A DNA stretch of 64,000 bases, from the NCBI RefSeq assembly GCF_003918875.1, contig NW_025765403.1, positions 1,674,001 through 1,738,000 on the forward strand. The letters are read 5' to 3'. The translations under genes were made by a program, and so were the position numbers. Positions 46,401 through 58,554 of this stretch are shown here, piece by piece; position 1 is the stretch's first letter; the number at the start of each line of letters is the position of its first letter. The notes below the pieces were generated by a model that was not told the origin of the DNA, did no database searches, and was given only the letters and a program-made list of their open reading frames with translations. This stretch comes from Haliotis rubra. Lineage: Eukaryota.

Positions 46401-48716
46401 CAATGTGATTATGAAAATTGTATCTCTTTCCTCAACGTTTAATTATATAAACATGTGATGCGTCACTGGTCATTACTATTCACACTGAGGCGATGGGGTA
46501 GCCATGTGGTTAATGCGTTTACCCATTACCCCGAATACTCAGGTTCGATACCCCGACGTAGATATTGCTGGAATATTGTTTAAAGCGGTGTAAAAGTAAA
46601 TTTCCTATCAAGTAAAATGCCAGAATGTACTTGACGAATGCATCATAACCATTTCTTGTTTCAGCTCTTATTTCCATGCATATAATCGTCAGTTTAATCG
46701 GGATCAGAAAGACCTTACTTCTTGGAGCAACAATAACATGCATTGGAATGATGACAGCTATCTTCGCAACAAGCATCGACTTTCTTATTGGGACACACAG
46801 CATATTAATCGGTAGGTATATCAAACACAAGTGGATGTAATTTACACAACCTTATGCATATGCATGTAACATGTGTACCATATGTACCATAGGATACAGA
46901 GGAGAAGTTGGTTACAAATGGTGTACAGGATGCTTTGACTGCTGAAAGAGGCTAGAGAAAGATCGGATGTTCAGACACGATCATGAAAACTTACGGGTCA
47001 TTTCACTTTGAGTACGAATGAGTAGGTTTACTTTTATGCTGCACTCAGCAATATTCCAGCTATATGTCGGCGGTCTGTATATGCCAAAGGACAACCCTGT
47101 TGCCACGACATTGTATTGAGAATCTTGCTCATAATACTTACAGTGATTTTTCTATACATGCATACTCGGTGATATACCTGAGATATATTTCTATATATAT
47201 TATACACGTTTCATGTTCATGTGTCTTTTTTCAGGCCAATAGCGTACTGAATTTATCAAGCTTCAACATTTCATTTTTCTTTCATTTTCTTCCAGGACTC
47301 GGGAACTCTATGATTTATGGACCATCTATGGTAAACATTGGCCATTATTTCAAGAAACGCCGAGGCCTGGCATCAGCAGCCGCAATGTCATCAGTCAGCT
47401 TCGGCGGGAGTGTATTTCCGCCATTAGTTAGATATCTCTTGGATGAGTTCGGTCTCTTTGGTACCATGACTATTCTGACCGGTATTGTCATGAACATGTT
47501 CGTCGGGGCTGCCGTCCAAAGACCATTGGAATCGTTCAGAAAGAAGACACCTGTCAAAAAACCCCACAACGGAAAAGGATATAACCCCACATCTCAAGGA
47601 ACACCCCAAATCTTTGGTTATCAGTGAGTTAAAGAGGAACGAGATCAGTTCTAGTGGTGAAAGGAGTCTGCTGAATTCCAGAGAAAAGGACATCAATGTT
47701 CAGAACTCTACGTCAGATTCCCCCTTCCTTGTGAGGAGATTAAGAACAGATTCCGATTCCAGTGCAATGTCAAAATCAAAACGAAACATACTTCTTTTCA
47801 CCAGCCAGTCCGATTTCGGGTCCCTTGCAATGATCAACATAAGTGTTCAAGACATTGATGCTGTTGAAAGTGTTGGGTCCGCGAACAAGTCAAAGAAATG
47901 CTGCTTTTATATTAAAAAGGCTTTGTCATCCCTCGACTTCTCACTGTTCAAGAAACCAATGTTTCGACTTATCACCATTGTGGCTTTTTTCAGTGTCCTT
48001 ATAGGCGTCGTTCCAGTGTATATTCCTGCTTTGGCGAAAGAGAAGGGTTTGGATCAGACGGATGCAGCTCTGTTCTTAACAGTTGCTGGTGCAGTTGACT
48101 TCTTTTGCAGGCTCCTGGCTGGGTTCCTGATTGATCTGGGACATATCAGTGCCCACACCGTTATGGCTATTGGGTTAGCCATTGCTGGAACATTGACGCA
48201 GTTCACTTCCTTCTACAACTCTTACGCTTTAATGATGATGTTCACTGTGACAATGACTATGTTTTCCTGTTCATATTTTGCCCTGATTAACGTGGCAATA
48301 ATTGATTTCATGGGACTGGACTACCTTGGAAAGACGTTGGGATTTGTGTCCTTGTTTCATGGAATGTCCATAGCTATATGTCACCCTATTGTAGGTAAGA
48401 CGACTATTGTGATACGGAATCCTTACCACATTAATTTGTTAGATTGAAGACTTCAATTTTAAATGTGTCCTGCAAGGGGAATGAAATGCATCACCTCGTG
48501 CAATGTATCGGGTCGTTTTCAGTGACATCATCAACATCTGTTTGTGATAATGTTTCAGGGAGTATTCGTGACGCAACAGGGTCATACACCTGGGGGTTCA
48601 GCTTCATGGGAGCTTGTGCCTACGTCGGTGCCGCCTTGCTACTCAGTACACCTCTATACAAGAAATGTTTTCTGAAGAAACCCAATGAAGACAGATGCAA
48701 TGACGTAGCAGAGTAA
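43420..48716 (+). CDS. SLC16: SLC16/MCT-family transporter, paralogue 4 (5 exons; +1 frameshift in exon 4, either an assembly error or a pseudogenising allele)
   Basis: Exons 43420-43708, 45999-46142, 46665-46811, 47296-48394 and 48559-48716. Exon 4 is 1099 nt (3n+1) and is split over ORFs 47064-47627 and 47614-48447. Removing one base near 47556-47565 gives ~611 aa. Motifs: LPVDRGWAW, YFKKRRGLA, DFFCR, GSIRDATGSY. Confidence 0.85.
43808..43966 (+). mobile_element. SINE family A
   Basis: A/B boxes and an (ACTC)n tail. Confidence 0.88.
44980..45505. mobile_element. Foldback/MITE-like element with ~240-bp inverted arms
   Basis: TATAGTCTGTTTGCAGTGAAAACGTACC... pairs with ...GGTACGTTTTCACTGCAAACAGACTATA, and the arms pair over most of their length. 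Confidence 0.9.
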
Positions 48717-49169
48717 CTCCTAACAGACACCTATCTCATCCAGACCATGCTCCTGCTTGCAGCTTCAAGGAAATTTAAGAAGTCGCAGATTAACATCACA
48801 TAACGAAAGAAGTGCAAATATTTGCTGTGTTCCCTCACAGCAGGTCTTTGGGAATGATATGAATACATTAATAATATGACAGCAGAAATGTAACAGCAAC
48901 CAGTAGACTTTCGCTAAGGTGAAGCTGTTTAGAAAGGTGTCTAAAAGTATCGTCGAATTTATGATGGCATTCCTGAGTTTGCCTTCAACTTTCTTGAAGA
49001 TAAATAAATGTGTGAAATGTATATCTAACGTAATATCCAGGATCAGGATAGGGCACCCCTACTTCACATTTCCTTTACTGGACTAAAATGGGGTTAAGGG
49101 ACAAGGGGAGGCAGGGCAATGAAGGTCGCTCTTCCTCGTCAGTGTCAATAGCAGAAAAGCATTAGGTGT

Positions 49170-49528
49170 GCTTGGTTGGTTGATTGGTTGGAAAGTTGTT
49201 TAACGCCTCAATCAGCAGTATTCCAACTATATGGCGGCGGTCTGTAAATAATGTCTGGACCAGACAATTCAGTGATCAATAGCATGAGGATCAGTCTACA
49301 CAACTGGGATACGATGACATGTGTCAGCTTCATCAGTCAGATGACCACCAGATCGCCTTTTACGACAAGCATGGGTTACCGTGATTAGAGTGAGTGAGTT
49401 TATTTTTACGCCGTTTTAGCAATATTTCAACAATGTTACGGCGAGGAATACCAGAATAGGGGTTCCCACATGCGAGGGTCTTCGGCGTGACGAGCGAAAG
49501 CTTTAATCACTAGGCTACCCCACCGCCC
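49170..49528 (-). mobile_element. SINE family C (49170-49380) adjacent to SINE family A (49388-49528)
   Basis: Both match their consensus. Confidence 0.8.
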
Positions 49529-50407
49529 AAGGTCAGTATCGGTCAGTCTGAATGACCGAAACCTTGATGTTGACGTTTGTCGTGGCATTGTCTGTCATCA
49601 CAACACATGCTCCAAATGGTAAGTCGAACTGTTTCCCATCATTCACCACTAACGACACTTGGGATATAACCTTATTCTAAGCATACTTCCTACTTCTGTG
49701 CAACAGCGGTTTCATTTCCTACAGTTACAAACTGAGAATGAATTATTTGGGAATTCGTATCGACAAAACTTGATTTTGAAAAATGATAAAAAATAATTCC
49801 TCCCTACTTTTTATAACTTAGTCACTCACTCTTCTTTCAGTATCTTATAGAACAAAATGATGTTGCATATGAACGCCAAATATTTAATCAACTCTCGATG
49901 CAGCAGGTACATCGATTAGTGTGAAACCTTGAATTCACGTATATACTTCTGAGAGTTTAATATAATGATGAATTTTGTTAACGGTGAACTTGATAATCGA
50001 TCATCGATTATGTCAGACTGATTCCTAAGAATGATTGGATATCAGGAGATAAGTGTCCCATTACCGAATAATAATACAAATTCATCCGCTGGGATTCAGT
50101 ATCAACAGGATTCGGAACACAAATGTGTCATTCCTTTATATATTACACTGCATGAGTCATTGTTTTTCTCTGTAGTTGGTATCATAAAGCTTCAGGATAT
50201 AACTAACTCAGGCATGTTTTTCCTGTACAAAACTATGTAAAAAAAATCCTTTTTAGTAAATTTCTTGAATTATTTTTTTCCAAGCCTTGGTTCGGTGGCC
50301 GTTAAGAACTGCCTTTAGATACAAAAGAGCATCGGCCCTCCTTAGATACAATGTCTGAGGTTTTCTGCTTTTAAAACACGTTATATAACTGCAACATCTA
50401 GTACTTA

Positions 50408-50568
50408 GTGGGGTACCCTAGTGGGTAAGCATGCCCTCGTCACGCTGAAGACTCACGTTCGATTCTCGACATGGATAACATGTGTGAAGCCCAATTTTGG
50501 TGTCCCCCCATCGTGATATTGCTGGAATACTGCCAAACGCGGCGTAGAACTAAACTCACTCACTCACT
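50408..50568 (+). mobile_element. SINE family A, degenerate
   Basis: Matches the consensus; (ACTC)n tail. Confidence 0.8.
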
Positions 50569-51967
50569 TCCCTACCGGCCTTTTGACCACCGGTACCTAC
50601 ACCTAAAAACCAACATGAAATTTTAGTTTACTAAATTAACATAATTGATTGAAAAAAGTATCTGTGATTGATATAAAGTTCACTGAAACTATATAACACA
50701 ATACTGTTGCTTTAGAGACGCAGTTTCAGAAATATAATCCAGAATTTTATTTACCATTCACATCACAATGTATGAAGCAAACTTATATTTTCCGCTGGTA
50801 CAATATTTCACTACTAAGCAAATGTATGTGACATGTAAGACTACGCAATGTTTGTGAAGAATGAGCTAATTTTCTGTCATTCTAATCTGCCACAGCAGAG
50901 ATACGGCACTGACTGCGCCTAGTTCTGTATGGTAGCTGCAATATATCATCATGGAGGATACGAATATAATTAGACATGTCAGGTATTAAAACGGCATTTT
51001 CAGTGAGTGTTACTGTATAACATCGAGGAGTTGAGGAAGAAGCATTATATGTGTGGTTCAAACCTTTCAAATATATTTAGCCTGTGAAAAATTAGCGAAG
51101 GAATACTTCATTCAAAGGTTACTTATATTGTAATTGGGTCTAGATTTGCTGCAAAGTAGTTAGGACTAGACCAACATCGAGAATATTAAATTTCGAGGCA
51201 ACATGTGTTTGCTCTAATGTATGAATGTAGAACCACAGTGCAAAAGAATACACCGTCTTGACTAAGCTCGGAAATAAATTCCGTTTGGTGTAAAGGAAGA
51301 AATAGCTATGAAAATACTATAAACGGATGTCCAGATGTCGGTGAAGAGGGTAGATGCCTTACTGGTACGCTTTTGAAGTTCCCACAAAGAAAGATAAAAA
51401 CACTTAATTGAAGATGGGTATGCTTGAACTTGTTATTGCAAATCTCCATTGCCACAAATTATAGCGGTGTACACGACATATGTGACAAGCATATAAATAT
51501 TTCGTGATACCGTAAGCTTGAAGTCATGTAAATATTGAAACGATGATCTGCATGGACGTGGATATTTACATAAGGGTCATACATGCATGTTATTCAAAAG
51601 GAGGTCAGGTTCTTGTTACACTCAACTATGAATATTTACATAGCACAGCAACAAGAGATTTGCCGTGACACATAAAGGTAGCGGTTGAATTATGTATTGG
51701 CTAATCGTACGACAGAACATTATTCACACCTGCCATTTGCCTCATCGGGACGTGATTATGCATTTAAAATGGTCAGTTTGAAAACAGATGTACATTACAC
51801 AAGCAGTTACACCTGTTTTCACAGAGAAAGAATGAAATTGATCTCCAAAAAATGTATGGCAAAGAATGGCGCTTGATTTGGCTCTTTATCAGCACGAGTT
51901 TTCTAAATGTCCTATTCTTCTTAAATCAAGAAAAGTCTTCCACAAACCACGAATAGGGTATACGATA

Positions 51968-53509
51968 CACTTTCATCACAGGCCACAGTAAAGACTTGTA
52001 TATAACCTGACAATTACACATGGTGGGATATCCATACCGTTTACACCATGATGATATCAAAACATAGAGTATTATCTAAGAGATATCTATTGTGGTAGGG
52101 GAAAATGGATGACGCGTATAGAGCATTGTTCGATTTTTCTCTGGTAGTAATTTCCTGAAAACATCCTATTATCAAATGAGCAATTGCAAACCTCTTTTGA
52201 AGATGCATTCGACTTTCCGACTGTGTAGATCGGTTTTAATATGCTGATCTTGTTTGCCACACTTCTCAGGACGATGTGCAAAATTTGGATTGTAAATTAG
52301 TCAAACTACTTATTGTATATTCATATGTGTATTATAGTATACCGTGGGAAATATTAAGGCTGGAACGTTTGCATTAATCGAGATAACACATTTGTATTTT
52401 AAAATTAACAACTAAAAGAGATACAAGCATCAACAGGTTCAGGTGAAATTTTGCCCAGTGATCTCAATAATCTTATAGAGATGAGAATTGTTTGACAAGA
52501 ACACAATCTATTTAAGCTGTTTGGGCATAGGAGATAAAACTAAATCACTATTCTTCTGAACACTTATCACGAACCCAATGAAGCTAGAAGGTTTTGATGC
52601 CTCTTTTCATTGAACAGAATAGATAATTGACCAGTTCGTAGAATGCAACCATATGCTCCAGTTCGGTCACATTGACTAACCAAGAAATAGTTTGAAAATA
52701 ATTCGGCAACAGCTAAATATTTGTTCACTTTCATAACAGGCCACAGTACAGAGTCACATATATCCGGACAATTCCACATGGTGGGATACATATCTATACC
52801 GCTTACACCATGATGGTATCAAAACATAGACTATTACCCAAGCGATATCTGCTGTGGAAGGAAGTAATGTATGACGTATAAATCATTGCTACTGCTTTTT
52901 CCCAGAAAGTGATACCCCGGAAACATCCTATTATCTATTGAGCAATTATAAAGAATATCATTTCTTGAAGATACATTCGACGTTCCGAATTTGCATTTTT
53001 TGTACGTTCTGGATATGCTGATCTTGTTTGCCACGATTCTCAGGACGATGAGCAAACACTGGATTGTAAGTTAGTCAAAATACTTCCCTGTTGTTATTCG
53101 GAGAGCTTCAAAGTGTATTCATAATGCATATTATAGTATATCGTGGGTAATATTAATCCTGAAACATTTGCATTAATCAAGATAACATATGTTTGTATTT
53201 TGATATTAACACGTAAACACACACACAAGCATGAACAGGTTCAGGTTACCTACTGACCTTAATACTCTTTGATATGTGAAACTTTTGTGACTAGAACACT
53301 ATCTATTTAACCTGTTTCGGACCATGAAATAAGACTAAAAGAGTATTCTTTTGAACAGTTAGTCCCGAACCCAATTAAACTAGAATTGGCCAGAACATTT
53401 AGAGGCCTTTTTGCTTAGAACAAAGTAGTTGACCACTTCCTAGAATGTAACCGTTACATTGATTAACCCACAAATACTTAGAAAATTCGGCCACAGTAAA
53501 ATATTTGTT
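51968..53509. repeat. Old tandem duplication, ~758-bp unit x2
   Basis: CACTTTCAT(C/A)ACAGGCCACAGTA starts at 51968 and 52726, with colinear similarity along the whole unit. Confidence 0.88.
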
Positions 53510-56500
53510 TATATCAAAACTACTACAAAAGAAACAGTTTATAGACAGAAGAAGATGCCTGTCCATCAAACTATCCTTAGACACCAGTAGCCTGTTACAC
53601 ACACCACTGTTTGGTTCACAAGATGTACATAATTAATGAAATGAGGACAACCTTTACGATTCATTATGGTTTTCAAAGTCCTATGTATGACAATGATAAA
53701 ATGCATGTTTGGGTCTTAAACGCGTAAGTGAGATAACCATACGAAAGATAGGATTATCCCTGAGTGCTCATGAAGAATGTTTTTAATAGAATTTCACCCG
53801 GTTGATGGTCATCCGAACAACCAATCTTTTGTCAATCACTTCATCAACACATATATAGAGGCTGATATTCTACACCAGTCCCCTGCACAAGTAACCCAAT
53901 ATCCCGCCCTTTACAAAGTATATAATAGAGCATGGGGGCTTAAGGCACTGGTACCACGGGCTCCATAGCAACAGTTTTCAGCCAATATCCATGGAGTATG
54001 TTGTCACATGACAAGGGCAAGAGGGACCCCAAACCTGAAATCATCCTCTTTCTGACAGCACTGTCGACGTGGCAACTTCCCATATCAGTCTGTGGATTTC
54101 ATTTTTTGGTAAGTACACCAGTTTGTCCAGATGGCAACTGAGTCTTCTGTGCGAAATTGAAGTTATTTCATAGTATTACATTAACGTGATGAGTAAATTG
54201 TGTGCTGCTTTTGAAGGAATGCATTGGCTAATTGCAAAATAAGTATTAGGTCACTGTCATCAGTGATTCTTGCTGTGCCAAACTGGCGAAATGTCACCCA
54301 TCTTTGACTGTAGAAACGTGCCGGCTATGGGAGGAATAAATGACATATATTCATTGCAAAATATATATCCTGATGGACTTTCATTTGAGTAAAGTACTTT
54401 GTGCGTTTAGCGATGACTTTCTAATTCGATCGGCAAGTCAAAACTGTCTCTAATTTATTGCTAAATTCAAAATTCCGTTTATTTCAAACTTCTTGCTGTA
54501 AACAACAAAACAATGTTGCCATTGTATTCTAAAATAAAAACGTGGCTGTATAATTGTCCCTGTTTCCACACTGTGTTCTCAGTCAAAGCATCATGGTTTC
54601 ATCTGGAAGCATGAAGTGGCAGTCATGCTCCCTGACCACTGCTGACCTCTCCATTGAGCAGCACATAACTTTTGGCTGTCTTCGGCTATCCTCGGCATTC
54701 TTCGGCTCAAATCCGGTTGAATTACAAAATGGCTGCAGTGGGTATATACAAGTCAAGGCTCGATTGTCTTTTTTATTTATCTTAACATAGCACAGCCTAC
54801 CAAATACTGATGTCATCTTATCTGATATATCTGTAAATTCATACTAATTGATACCACATCATATCTGCAGCCTAATCGTATGGCATTCGCATATTATTGC
54901 AGTCTTCAACCTTTGTTTATTTTCTGCAAAAGGTAATTTCCTCGTTCTCTTCCCGTTTGGCGTGACGCAATCAAATGATGACAACAGTCTTAGCACTGAC
55001 CATCATTAAAACCTATAAATTGATTCTGTGACATCTTAATCGCAGTTTTTAGTTGCTGAATATGTAGTATGTTCCTTTTCTTGAAAGTGAATTCACCTTG
55101 CATTCAATGACACAATAATGAATTATATTATATGGTAAATGATATACCTGCTAATTGTAATGATATGAACTATGTAATATCCATTTCTTACACCATTAGC
55201 AATATATGTACTATAAAGTGGTGTTCCTGCAAGGTGTCATACCGGTGCCAGCCCCATTTGGAGTGGTGTGATCATCCAACAGGCATACCCAATTTCTTTT
55301 AGCCACTATTTCTACCACTTAGAATATGATTGTATAGCATACATATTCCTAATGTGATGGGTGGAAATATTGCCTTACTACGGGTTTATGTATGTATTAT
55401 TACATTTTCCATTGGGACTTTCATCTCACCTCAGGTGGGGTCCTATATGTATGATCTGTTAGAAGGGAAATGACAATTCTTTTGGGTGATTATGTTAAAA
55501 GCATTTAGATAAAAGCTCCTTGGGACTGAGTGGTCACGCATGCACCTATACTTTTTACACCAGTAATGTGTGTACAGATTCTTTTATACTATCGTTTTCT
55601 CCAATACCTATTAGCGTCACATCCTGTGTATTATTCGGATTATTGTGAACTCTCATAACAATGTATCACAATGGCTCTTTCTGACTGCATTGTCGTGGTG
55701 GCAACATCACTTATCAATCTCTGGATTGCATTTTAGTGTCATCTGGACTGTGTAGTCGGGACTTGCAAAACTGTAACCAAGACTTGTATTAAAATATATT
55801 ATTATTATTATTGTATTTTTGTGTTGTGTCATCTTTGACTGGAGTACTTTGCACACATGGCACACTTGCCCATCCCTTTCCCGTGAGACGTAATTATTAC
55901 TGTTGTAATTCACAAGGTCTTACACGTATTGTGTTGACCATGTCGAACGCCCACGGGGAAATCAGTGTAAGATAACACAGTGACTTGTTTCAATCCATCC
56001 GATCATTGTAATATTTGGGATTGCATTTGTTCATATGGTTGTGAATACTGTGAAACATTTGAACTATTGAATATCGTGCAAGACATGTTAATTATACTTT
56101 CAAATTGGCTTTTGACCTGGGCAGAGGTTGTCGGGAATGTTTGTCATAGTTTCGAATCCCAATTTTGTTATTGATCTGTAAAGGCTAAACAATTAGACGG
56201 GTTGACTGTGTATCTTTAGGTGAATCAATTTAACGTAAACGAAAAACGAATATTTCAAAACACGAATATATAAATTGAAAGAATTTTCTTTGTTTATCAT
56301 TATGTAGTTATTTCTCATCATATTGAACTGCTTGTGTATGAAACTATCTGAATAAACATGTAAGGTTTGTCCAAAGGAAGAGATATCATGGTAATTTCTT
56401 TTTACGGTTCTTGTAGAAATGCAGTTACAATTTGATATCCTTTGATCACAATATTTTTTTCCGAATATATATTCATTATATCACGGAAAACAAAAAGGGT

Positions 56501-58191
56501 GATTTGTAAAACGTTTATGACAAACTCGCACCTGGGGAATCATAATACATCATTATTTTGTCTATTAACCGACAAATTCAATGAAGAATACAATTCCTGT
56601 AAAAATGTTTGCATATACATTTCATAAAATACATCAATCATTAATATAGTCAATTTTACTTATGTGGTTAACTTTAATCGCTGTTCATTAACTTGACGAA
56701 GGGGCAAGGAAAAGCCCAGAAACGTTGTGTATACAATAAAGAAGTTGACATCCATAATAATTTGTCTTGTTCTACTTCACTGACTTCTTCATATAAATTT
56801 ACAATACTGCGTATTGCGCATCATAGGGACTTCGTAGATATAAGAAATACGTGGTTCACCTCCACTTGCTCCGTCTGTCCTGAATCACGTGAAGGAATGT
56901 CATTGAACTGTGTTCGGGGTACCGTGTGTTATGAGCCACAGTTTTGAATGGGTCAAGCAAATAGACACTTGACCCGCGGGACAATGGGCAGTATATCATG
57001 AGTCGGCTCTTTAGGGAAAACACGTTCTCGTTCTAGGTCAGGTTAGCGTTTTTAAAAAGGTCAATAGAAACTGGTGATGCTACGTCATAAAAGGTAGACT
57101 GGGTGTTACTTGAACGAGTGACCGACTAAATGCGTAATCTGCACTATGGCTACTGCTGAGTAGTGTTTTCTCTTTTAGCATAAATGTTTCAGAAAAGACA
57201 ACAGATGTGGAATATTTTCAATTCAAATTTCATTGTACAAACTGAAAGAAATGCTCGCATTCATACATGTTTCAGAAAAGGTTTTTTTGTCTGTCCCGGG
57301 GGTCCAAACTTAGCTGGCAAGTACAGACTGATACGTTCTTTTAATATTGGTTTGTAGATGTGACTGGGGTTATGCCGTTTCGACTTTAGTGATTTCTGAT
57401 CAGTTTTCAGTACGTGGGCAAATCCTTATCCCTTTCTGTGTCTGGCTATGATGATTAGTATGGTGGTGTTTGGTGGTGGTAGCGGTTACTGATGTGAAGA
57501 TTCCTCTAATAGTCTTGATCAGCTGATTAAGTCTTTCGATGAGTGCTTCCATTTGAGATATGAGTCCACAGTCGTTCTGTCCACGAGCAGTTATCTGTCT
57601 TCTCTTAGCCACTGAGTTTACACTACTCTTTCTTTTCTCGCTTCGTCCTGATCTAGTTTTATGCGGATATTTCCTCTTAGAAGATGTGGAACTGTGTTCG
57701 ACGAATGTATCTTGTGTACTGATGTTTTTAACCATGATGTCCTAGTGTCTTGCTTTCACGGCTTTGTAGTGATAAACTCAAGTAGATGCTCTGCAATTTA
57801 CAGGAGTCTCGAGTGCCTGGAGTGTTAGGGAGGCGTCGTCCATATAAAGCTATATCGCATGCCTTGCGTTAGCCGTGAGTTGCAACGTGGGGGGGAAGTG
57901 CCGTGTCTAGAGTGAAATAAACTATTTATCCTTAGAGATGCGATGCTTAGACACAATAGAAGTACTCAACAGATTGGAATCTTCCACAAACCCTACTACC
58001 ACCCTTACAATGTACCCTGCCACCAGCACCACCACCGCAATCCAAACCGTTGTCAATAACACCACCACCAATACCATCAAAAGAAGAAGTACAATTATTT
58101 CACTTCGCTCTACCAGCTACCGGAAACTTAGTATGTCCTTCTTCCAGGGGAACATCTGTATTCTTGTAGTTCTCTTGGAAAGACACATCTA

Positions 58192-58361
58192 CCCGATCGC
58201 ATTGTATGGTCCTACACTCAGGGGCAACGCTTATATATTATGACATCATTCAACAACATATAGGGAACGCTGAATTTGAAAAGGGCATCCCCACCAATCT
58301 ACAGGACGACGATTATTTTGACTCTAGTATCAAAAGCTGTCTGATACTGGATGACTTTATG
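58192..58361 (+). pseudogene. Probable Polinton/Maverick packaging-ATPase fragment
   Basis: Across one frameshift it reads PDRIVWSYTQGQRLY/YDIIQQHIGNAEFEKGIPTNLQDDDYFDSSIKSCLILDDFM, with a Walker-B-like LILDD. Recognised from memory of the family pattern. Confidence 0.5.
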
Positions 58362-58495
58362 ATTGATTTGTTGTTGTTAAACGCCGCATTCAGCAATAAT
58401 CCAGCTATATGGCGACGGTCTGTAAATCATCCAATCTGGACCAGACAATTCAGTGATCATCATCGCGAGCATCCATGTATGCAATTGTGACCCAT
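58362..58495 (-). mobile_element. SINE family C 3' part
   Basis: Tail and body match. Confidence 0.7.
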
Positions 58496-58554
58496 AACAT
58501 GCAAATATTCTGGACATCCAAACAAGAAAGACGTCTTTAAAGATGATTTCGCCT

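Noticed and set aside
47556-47562. A_AAA_AAC -1 programmed frameshift heptamer
   Set aside because: The heptamer is not in the register of the incoming frame, and the shift required is +1, not -1.
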